Source: a phage. From it: DNA of 64,000 nt. Made by a program: the position numbers and the translations under genes. Below are positions 57,520 to 64,000 of this stretch, in pieces (the stretch's first letter is position 1; every line of letters starts with the position of its first letter). The notes below the pieces were generated by a model. It saw nothing but the letters and a program-made list of their open reading frames with translations. It ran no database searches and was not told where the DNA came from. Where the stretch lies: the sequence record OZ413487.1; one strand, written 5' to 3'.

Positions 57520-58218
57520 TTACAAGCTTTCAGTAAGAGCCTTTGCGTAACACGCTTCAGCAGACTCTTTGGTGTCAAACCTGCCTAACGTTTTTCCTCT
57601 GAAAGTTACTTTCCATTTGCCCCTGTCTGCTTCAAATCTGACACCTCTAGATTTATCCCTCCCTAAAGGCTGTCCACGATATTCCCTGACAAACGTGCCA
57701 CTTTCAAAAGACTTTTGAGCAGCAATGGCCTCTTCTAAGGTATCGTATTCTCCTAAATCTTTCTTATAGTAATGACCTACCTTACCAAAAGCAGCATACC
57801 TTCCAGATCTAGCATGAAAATATACACCCAAATGTCCAGTATTGGATTTAGGTATCTTGCGTGCCAGGCATCCGTCATCTGCCGCCTTTTTTGCATTTTC
57901 TTCTGGTGTTAACAGTTGTAGGTTTTCTACCCTATCATCCGCAACACCATCGGAATAGAAAAGTGGCTTTATGTGATCAACTTCGTACCCTTCTGGGATT
58001 GGTCCATAGTGCATCTCCCACACCAATCTATGCCTGTAGTAATGCACGCCACAATAGACTATATCCCTGTACCCGTCCATGTTAGTACATCCAGCCTCCT
58101 TTCCCAGTAGTTGAGGTTTGTTTTTTGGCGGGGACTTCCAAAACAACCTTCCAGTTCCTGTATCGTATCTAAAGACACTCCACCAGTTAATCCCGTTACT
58201 CATCTGTAACAACTCCAC
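57520..58218 (-). CDS. HNH homing endonuclease with AP2 DNA-binding repeats
   Basis: HNH core HRLVWEMHYGPIPEGYEVDHI...NLQLLTPEEN; two AP2-like repeats (GRYAAFGKVGHY...EAIAAQKS; GKWKVTFRGKTLGRF...AEACYAKA). Confidence 0.75.
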   Translation of the reverse strand: MELLQMSNGINWWSVFRYDTGTGRLFWKSPPKNKPQLLGKEAGCTNMDGYRDIVYCGVHYYRHRLVWEMHYGPIPEGYEVDHIKPLFYSDGVADDRVENLQLLTPEENAKKAADDGCLARKIPKSNTGHLGVYFHARSGRYAAFGKVGHYYKKDLGEYDTLEEAIAAQKSFESGTFVREYRGQPLGRDKSRGVRFEADRGKWKVTFRGKTLGRFDTKESAEACYAKALTESL

Positions 58219-58684
58219 CTGCCTTCTTAAAGATATCCAGCATCTTGTCTATACTTTCTGCTCGCTGATTGTACAGCTTTCCAGCTCCTGGCGGTGGTGG
58301 GAAGCTTGCCCAGCGGCTGCGGCATTTATAAATGGCCTGATGAATACGCCCTTCGTCAATGTCAGCGAGAGCCTTGCACTCACGGATCAGTTGCAACGCA
58401 ATCTTGTCCTGACTGGCAGGGCCAAAATCTGGTAATCCTAACTGTTTCATGTAGTGTTTAGCAAACTTCTCCAAAACCTGGTAACGACCAGCAGCGGAGG
58501 AGGTAAGTTTAGCATTTAGCTTAACGTAAACACCTGGATGCTTGCTGTAATCGCTGAACAGCTTGCCGCCGACTATGACATCGTACCCCCGATCCTTGGT
58601 AGGTTGTCTACCATTATCTGTTCCTTCCGAATATGCGATCATATCCAAGAAAGCTTTTCGTTGAACATTTTTATCAAGTTTCAT
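58196..58684 (-). CDS. lysozyme, lambda R-type lytic transglycosylase
   Basis: NVQRKAFLDMIAYSEGTDNGRQPTKDRGYDVIVGG near-collinear with lambda R NNQRKAFLDMLAWSEGTDNGRQKTRNHGYDVIVGG. Confidence 0.85.
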   Translation of the reverse strand: MKLDKNVQRKAFLDMIAYSEGTDNGRQPTKDRGYDVIVGGKLFSDYSKHPGVYVKLNAKLTSSAAGRYQVLEKFAKHYMKQLGLPDFGPASQDKIALQLIRECKALADIDEGRIHQAIYKCRSRWASFPPPPGAGKLYNQRAESIDKMLDIFKKAGGVVTDE

Positions 58685-58808
58685 TTTTCATACTCTCCAG
58701 TTTGCTCATAACTAACCCGATCAACAACACTGCATAGTGTGGTTATGTAGGTGCCAATTGAAAAACCATCATTCAATTGGCTACCGTTACCTACTAAACC
58801 ATCCTACA

Positions 58809-60092
58809 TCATTCCAGAACCTCCCAAGTGTCTGGGTCAACATTTCGGACGCAGATACCGACAGGGAATTGGTAGTTGTTGTCTTCTGTCCTTGATTGAT
58901 ATTTGAAGGTGACAAACTTGCCGATCATTTCCTGCATCCTGTCATAGCTACGCTCCTCGTGCGTGCCTTTCATCTTCATTTTAACAATAACACCTTCCTT
59001 GTCAACACAGATAAGAACACCTTCATCATTCTTATCTTTCTCAACGTCAATAACTTTCACCTCTGCGTCGTTGAACTTTTTCCATTTCAATGCTTCAGAT
59101 GTTCGCTGACCGTACTCGTATTTACCGCAGAAATTACGCATGATAGTACCTTCATATCCTTCGGACATGAATATACCAACAGATTCTTCGCAATGATCAA
59201 CTGTGTACGCAAGCTCTGCGTCAACAACCTTGATATGGTCAAGCATCAGAGTGGTAACGGTATCCTCTGCATCCATAAGATCCTTGCAGCGTCCAGACTC
59301 TGTTTCTGGATCCCACCACACCTTGTCGCTAGGAATATCAAAAATGTGATACTCCAGATCGTAGCTACAGTACCCACCGTAACGCAAATCATCACGAACA
59401 GGCTCAACATCGACAGGAATATCTACCTTGTTGAAGTTTTTGTATGTTGATAAGCCTGCCTTAATTGCTGCATGACGGCGTTTTTTATCTGCCTCATAGT
59501 CTTTATCGATCTCGGCCTGAATTTCTTCCTGTGTGCGCCACCGTTTAGCAAGAGACACTATTTTCTGCAGAGGAAGACCATGAATATAGAGCTCTCCGTC
59601 GAGCTGTTTAATCCCGGTGGTTAGGTGGAAAGAGCGAAGTTGCTCCAGAAGCTTTCCTTGAATAGGGTAGGACTTATTACCACGGGAAATAAATTTAGGC
59701 TCACCATTTTGGAAAACAACAAGCAGACGAAGGCCATCTAACTTACGCAAGATCCAGCAAGGTAATTTAAGTGCCTTGCCACGCTTCAGGTAGTCATGCA
59801 CCAGCATGGGTAAAAGATCAACACCCTGCTCGCAATCTTCCATGTTTTCAACATACCCCAGACGGACTTGTTTTTCCCACTTGCTGATAGCCTCAAGCTC
59901 GGCCTGTTGCTCAGCTGTAGTCTCGTTGGCACGACCTACGTTCTTAGGTGTGCATACCGTCTCTTTGTACTGCAGTTTACCATCAAGCTTGCCAAACTCT
60001 ACGATAACCTTATCACCATCCGTGAATACTTTCCACTGTTGGTAGCTGCCATCTTTATTCAGTGCGTACAGTGTTGTTTTGATCTGATGCAT
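58809..60092 (-). CDS. ATP-dependent DNA ligase
   Basis: Motif I KLDGLR (KxDGxR); motif IV EGYEGTIMRN; motif V LKWKKF. Confidence 0.7.
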   Translation of the reverse strand: MHQIKTTLYALNKDGSYQQWKVFTDGDKVIVEFGKLDGKLQYKETVCTPKNVGRANETTAEQQAELEAISKWEKQVRLGYVENMEDCEQGVDLLPMLVHDYLKRGKALKLPCWILRKLDGLRLLVVFQNGEPKFISRGNKSYPIQGKLLEQLRSFHLTTGIKQLDGELYIHGLPLQKIVSLAKRWRTQEEIQAEIDKDYEADKKRRHAAIKAGLSTYKNFNKVDIPVDVEPVRDDLRYGGYCSYDLEYHIFDIPSDKVWWDPETESGRCKDLMDAEDTVTTLMLDHIKVVDAELAYTVDHCEESVGIFMSEGYEGTIMRNFCGKYEYGQRTSEALKWKKFNDAEVKVIDVEKDKNDEGVLICVDKEGVIVKMKMKGTHEERSYDRMQEMIGKFVTFKYQSRTEDNNYQFPVGICVRNVDPDTWEVLE

Positions 60093-60361
60093 TACTCGGC
60101 CTCTTCCTTAAAAATTTTAAACATCTCTTCTTTACTCATTACCAACCAGTCTCCCATAAAGTCAACTAGCCAATCTCCCTGGTACAAGACAAGGTTACCA
60201 AAAGGCTCGACAAGCTCACACATGCGACGAAGATCTCTGGTCCGAACAGGTGACGATGTAAACACACCTGTATCAATCCACCGTTGCAGATCAGATACTG
60301 ATGAAGAGCTTCCGTCAAACTGATGTGCTTCTACAGGTTTAGCAAGATTAAATAACGGCAT
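60092..60361 (-). CDS. hypothetical protein
   Basis: ORF track. Confidence 0.4.
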   Translation of the reverse strand: MPLFNLAKPVEAHQFDGSSSSVSDLQRWIDTGVFTSSPVRTRDLRRMCELVEPFGNLVLYQGDWLVDFMGDWLVMSKEEMFKIFKEEAE

Positions 60362-60686
60362 TGCAGTCCTCCTTCTGTAGTAGGTCTTTTATAGGATAAA
60401 CAAGTAAGTGTGGGTCGTAATAACGTATAGTCCTATTCTGCCACACTATGAACTTTATTACAACCAAATTTACAATATCTTTATCACCATGTAGCCCAAC
60501 ACACACATTTGTCCATATTTTGTGGTTGAAGACCTTGCTATCGATGTAGATTTTAGTGTCAAACTTATCCTCCATTCTACCAATAAGTTTAACCAACTCT
60601 TTCATCTGATCCCCAAACACAGCATCGTTTTCAAGATCTCTAGAGTGCTTGTACATAACTATCTGCCTCACTTGCATACTTTCCAC
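60348..60686 (-). CDS. hypothetical protein
   Basis: ORF track. Confidence 0.4.
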   Translation of the reverse strand: MESMQVRQIVMYKHSRDLENDAVFGDQMKELVKLIGRMEDKFDTKIYIDSKVFNHKIWTNVCVGLHGDKDIVNLVVIKFIVWQNRTIRYYDPHLLVYPIKDLLQKEDCNAVI

Positions 60687-60719
60687 AACAAGTAAAGCCG
60701 GGTAATCCCGGCTATGTTG

Positions 60720-61433
60720 TTAAATATACTCTGTTACATCCTTGAAGCTCGAAGGCTTCATGATCTTACCTTTACTGTCAAGGAATATGATAACTTTATT
60801 ACCGTTGTAGAATTCTTCCTTAGCAACAAAACCTTCATATCGACCATCAAAGCGTCGTTCAAGATCTTTAATCTCCAACTCGATGAGTTGTTCAGCAGGC
60901 ATATCTGCACTGGCACCGTGTGAATACCGTAGATGGTTGACCCGTGCAAACTTGCTGTCATTCGATTTGAGAACCTTACGCATCATCCCGCACACATCGC
61001 CGCGAAGCTGGAACAGCAAAGCTGTTGACAACTCTGCTAAGCGGTAAGCGGATGCTCTTTGCTTAGAGGTGTTTTTCGCAGCGATCAGTGTATCATAGAA
61101 CTCACCGATCTTGAACTTAAGACCTCGTGGATTATCAAACAGGTTTGACCACTTTTCGTGATTGTCATTAACAAGATAAGCGGCATAACTTGTGACAACG
61201 TGAAGATCGCAGGCCTCTTTTAGCAGGTGATCTCCACCATCCCCTTTCTCCAGCTCTTCCAAAACTTCATTGAACTCTTCCTCAATGAAGCTAAGCTGTA
61301 ATTCGAACGGTATGTATGATTTTTTCACTTTAGCTGCCACACGGTTCCAGTTTTCCACCCAGTTGGCAGACCAAAGGTAGTTTTCAGGTTGGGACAGTTT
61401 TTCCAGGTTGTCAATTAATTTGGTATTCAGCAT
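60720..61433 (-). CDS. hypothetical protein with MazG-like NTP pyrophosphohydrolase N-terminal region
   Basis: EEEFNEVLEELEKGDGGDHLLKEACDLHVV resembles MazG E-x2-E-x-EA...ELGDLL helix pair. Confidence 0.35.
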   Translation of the reverse strand: MLNTKLIDNLEKLSQPENYLWSANWVENWNRVAAKVKKSYIPFELQLSFIEEEFNEVLEELEKGDGGDHLLKEACDLHVVTSYAAYLVNDNHEKWSNLFDNPRGLKFKIGEFYDTLIAAKNTSKQRASAYRLAELSTALLFQLRGDVCGMMRKVLKSNDSKFARVNHLRYSHGASADMPAEQLIELEIKDLERRFDGRYEGFVAKEEFYNGNKVIIFLDSKGKIMKPSSFKDVTEYI

Positions 61434-61446
61434 TAAAGGTCTCCTT

Positions 61447-62208
61447 TTAAAGTTCCATAAAGTTTTCTACGGTCTCAATGAATGTTTTATCAGAGAAGGC
61501 ATCAACCGCACCGTTAAACCAAACTGGGATGCCGCGATCCTCATACTGGTAAATATCACTACGTGAAATGCCATTCTCCTCTAGATGCTGTGAGTCGTAT
61601 TTATTAACGATCAGTAGTTTGGTTCCCTTATTGCAGGCAGGGAATAGCTCCCAGTTAAAATTGATAACTGTGTTGGAACACCCTACAAGGATAACCATAT
61701 CATTGCTTGTAAGAGAAGTCAACAGGTCATACATGTCTGTATACTTCGGAGCTACTTCTCCGAAGAACACCACATTAGGTTTAACCCAGGTATACTTTCC
61801 TGCATCTACCTCAGAGTATCCAATGTCCTTAATGACGTCACTTCCTTCATCGTCCTCATAGACTATTTCTGGCAAATACCCGTGAACATGTAAAATATCT
61901 TCATGTTTTACACCAGCACGCTCCAGCAAATCATCTACATTGGTGGTAAGGTTGATCACACGACCAGACCAGCGGGAATACCACTCAGCGATCCGAAGAT
62001 GTGCAAGGTTAGGCTCAACACCGCCTAGAGCTACACGACGTGCATTGTAAAAGTCATGCACCTTGTAGTAGTTCTTGGCAAAGGTGTGGATGTTGCACAC
62101 CTCATCGATGCTGAAATTCTCCCACATTGCAGTGCTACCAGATCGGAAAGTGGGAATACCAGATTCAGCGCTCAAACCAGCACCGGAGATAATAATCAGT
62201 CGTCGCAT
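61447..62208 (-). CDS. Sir2-family protein (sirtuin-like NAD+-dependent enzyme)
   Basis: GAGLSAESGIPTFR; catalytic HG in DILHVHGYL; FGE and VGCSNTV motifs; no Zn-ribbon cysteines. Confidence 0.75.
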   Translation of the reverse strand: MRRLIIISGAGLSAESGIPTFRSGSTAMWENFSIDEVCNIHTFAKNYYKVHDFYNARRVALGGVEPNLAHLRIAEWYSRWSGRVINLTTNVDDLLERAGVKHEDILHVHGYLPEIVYEDDEGSDVIKDIGYSEVDAGKYTWVKPNVVFFGEVAPKYTDMYDLLTSLTSNDMVILVGCSNTVINFNWELFPACNKGTKLLIVNKYDSQHLEENGISRSDIYQYEDRGIPVWFNGAVDAFSDKTFIETVENFMEL

Positions 62209-62216
62209 AAGTGTCC

Positions 62217-62567
62217 TCAGTAGATGTTTTGTTTAATCTCTATTCCAAACTTTTTAAACGAGTCAGCTGCAAGCATGAATTTACGAGCCGCTGATGGGTT
62301 AGAAGTATGCACGAAAATCTTCACGTTGTCAACTACAGGGGGCTTACCAAATACAAATTTTTCCTCCAACATAGATAGGCAATCGTACCCTTCGAACACC
62401 TCTCCAAGGTCGTTGTCCATGTGCCACTCAGAAACGCGTCTGTAGAGCTTTCCCCTATCGTTAATAAAATCTATAAACTCGGAGGAATTCTTTAGCCAAA
62501 TAGCGTCTGGGAGCCCATAATTTGACGGATCTCTCAAGTCATCCAGCCACACAATCAACTTCTTCAT
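62217..62567 (-). CDS. hypothetical protein co-operonic with Sir2 and RNA ligase
   Basis: 4-nt overlap with RNA ligase gene; 9-nt gap to Sir2 gene. Confidence 0.4.
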   Translation of the reverse strand: MKKLIVWLDDLRDPSNYGLPDAIWLKNSSEFIDFINDRGKLYRRVSEWHMDNDLGEVFEGYDCLSMLEEKFVFGKPPVVDNVKIFVHTSNPSAARKFMLAADSFKKFGIEIKQNIY

Positions 62568-63499
62568 TGCATATAGTTCTCGTTGTGGAAATAGTAATCA
62601 AGTATCTCACGGCGTTCCTGCTCCAGGAGGCAGTTCCACACATCTTCTGTGTAATTGTTACGAATGAAGTTTACCATGCCGTAAAACTCTTCGTCAACAC
62701 GTTTAAAGATATCATCATCCCAAATCCTCCAAGCTTTACCCCTCATTACGGCCTTCCGTGCCAGGTAGTATGGAGACTTGATCTTCAGCTGCAGGTCATA
62801 AGGGTAGTAAGGCTTACGGATCATATACCCTTCGCCCCTTGTTTCTGCGGCTAATTCTTTTGCATAGCTGAACGGGATTTCACGCACAGTGTGAGGACGT
62901 TTTGCACCAAGGTATTTGGCAATCCCATCTAAAGCTGCTTCTGGTAGCATTATTCCAGAATCATTATATCTGCAACCTATCAAATATGCGCCATGGTCTT
63001 CTTGAACAATATGCGGATCTGAAGGGTGACAAATTTCAAACATGAATGTCATGTTTTCATTGCCCATAACCTTCTTGATAAGATCTAAATTACCACATTG
63101 CTCTTGGATGGTTTCCTTTGCAAGGTTACAATATGGAGAATCAAGAGACCCGGTTGTTGAGAACAATAGGTCACCTTTATGAGATGATACCACACCAAGG
63201 AATCCGTTCTTTTTCTCTACCGCAGTCACAAGCTTATTGTCAGGCAGGTTGGTGGAGTTTTCTCCCAAGTTAAACACTTTTGTGAAGGGCCATGCCACAA
63301 CATTTCCTTCATTACCTACAACAATGCCTCGACACTCCAGTAAACGAGGGGACAAATGCCATAAATTGTTGTAAAATACTTTTCTAGCATATTTATAGAT
63401 CTTTAACCCAAGATCCGGGTAATATCTACTGGTTACAAGACCTTTGTCAACTAGGTCGTCTGCATTAAAATACTTCATCATACGTTCCTCATTTGTCAT
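62564..63499 (-). CDS. putative RNA ligase (nucleotidyltransferase superfamily)
   Basis: Motif I-like VEKKNGF, motif IV EGYMIRK, motif V-like LKIKSPYY; a separate DNA ligase exists at 58809. Confidence 0.5.
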   Translation of the reverse strand: MTNEERMMKYFNADDLVDKGLVTSRYYPDLGLKIYKYARKVFYNNLWHLSPRLLECRGIVVGNEGNVVAWPFTKVFNLGENSTNLPDNKLVTAVEKKNGFLGVVSSHKGDLLFSTTGSLDSPYCNLAKETIQEQCGNLDLIKKVMGNENMTFMFEICHPSDPHIVQEDHGAYLIGCRYNDSGIMLPEAALDGIAKYLGAKRPHTVREIPFSYAKELAAETRGEGYMIRKPYYPYDLQLKIKSPYYLARKAVMRGKAWRIWDDDIFKRVDEEFYGMVNFIRNNYTEDVWNCLLEQERREILDYYFHNENYMQ

Positions 63500-63543
63500 T
63501 TTGTCAGTCTATCCTGCCACACAAATAACCTAGTGTCAACACT

Positions 63544-63572
63544 TGAAATTAACAAAACAGTTAGGTATACTA
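63544..63572 (+). promoter_or_regulatory. sigma70-like promoter (TTGAAA-17-TATACT)
   Basis: In the divergent intergenic region; precedes ATG 63600. Confidence 0.5.
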
Positions 63573-63599
63573 TCGTTGAAATTAAAACGGAGTATTACT

Positions 63600-64000
63600 A
63601 TGTCTAAAATGCTATATATCGTGCGTGGTCTACCAGGGTCTGGCAAATCAACACTGGCAAATGCGCTATCTTTAGAAGGTCTGTATCCACATTTTGAGAA
63701 CGACATGTTCTGGTACGACGATGATGGAAATTACAACTGGGATGCAAGTAAAGTAACACTTGCAGCAAAATGGTGCAAAGATAACGTAGAAGATATGATG
63801 CGTATGGGATACGACCGTATCGTGGTAAGTAATACGTTTACAAAAGAAAAATATGTGCAAGAATATATTGACATGGCGATCAGTCATGGGTATAGTTATA
63901 CCGTGATCGTGGTTGAAAACCGCCATGGTAATAAAAGCATTCATGATGTTCCAGACAGGGTTGTGGATCGTATGGAACGCCAGCTTAAAAACTGCATTAA
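63600..64000 (+). CDS. P-loop kinase, polynucleotide-kinase-like (runs off the window end)
   Basis: MLYIVRGLPGSGKSTLANAL resembles T4 Pnk kinase-domain P-loop GCPGSGKST; RBS ACGGAG. Confidence 0.45.
   Translation, partial: MSKMLYIVRGLPGSGKSTLANALSLEGLYPHFENDMFWYDDDGNYNWDASKVTLAAKWCKDNVEDMMRMGYDRIVVSNTFTKEKYVQEYIDMAISHGYSYTVIVVENRHGNKSIHDVPDRVVDRMERQLKNCI

Noticed and set aside
58896-59450. 184-aa ORF on the + strand opposite the DNA ligase gene
   Set aside because: Nested antisense within a gene carrying ligase motifs I, IV and V; no RBS.
1-64000. Temperate or integrated-prophage interpretation (integrase, repressor, att sites)
   Set aside because: No integrase, excisionase or CI-like repressor motifs were recognised, and gene content is lytic-type; only this window was examined, so this is provisional.

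Overview
This window is a densely coded segment of a tailed dsDNA phage genome; I found no host genes, rRNA or tRNA. All calls below come from reading motifs by eye; no database search or folding was run.

Left arm (330-22848, + strand): a toprim primase / DnaB-like helicase fusion, then a family A DNA polymerase whose reading frame is interrupted exactly at motif C by a 276-nt putative group I intron. About 45 small early genes follow, many with their own near-consensus sigma70 promoter and intrinsic terminator. They include an SSB-like protein, an HNH-like protein and a macro-domain protein.

Two ORF-poor, repeat-rich islands sit in this arm: 14045-15060 (iterons and short conserved motifs) and 22895-25564 (the convergence zone between the two arms).

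Right arm (25565-63499, - strand): a cluster of small diversified paralogous proteins containing a ribosome hibernation factor (HPF/RaiA) homolog, then two small N6-adenine methyltransferases, a ClpP-like peptidase, PhoH, a full aerobic plus anaerobic ribonucleotide reductase set (NrdA/NrdB/glutaredoxin/NrdD/NrdG), a ThyX-like protein, a dNMP-kinase-like protein and a HAD nucleotidase. Next come repair nucleases (DnaQ-like, endonuclease VII-like, RuvC-like, FEN-like), an HNH-AP2 homing endonuclease, a lambda R-type lysozyme and an ATP-dependent DNA ligase. The arm's 5' end (window right edge) is a MazG-like / Sir2 / RNA-ligase operon, divergently paired with a polynucleotide-kinase-like gene.

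The strongest candidates for something new are the intron-split polymerase, the Sir2 / macro / RNA-repair gene set, the phage-encoded HPF, and the repeated regulatory elements around the early-gene block.
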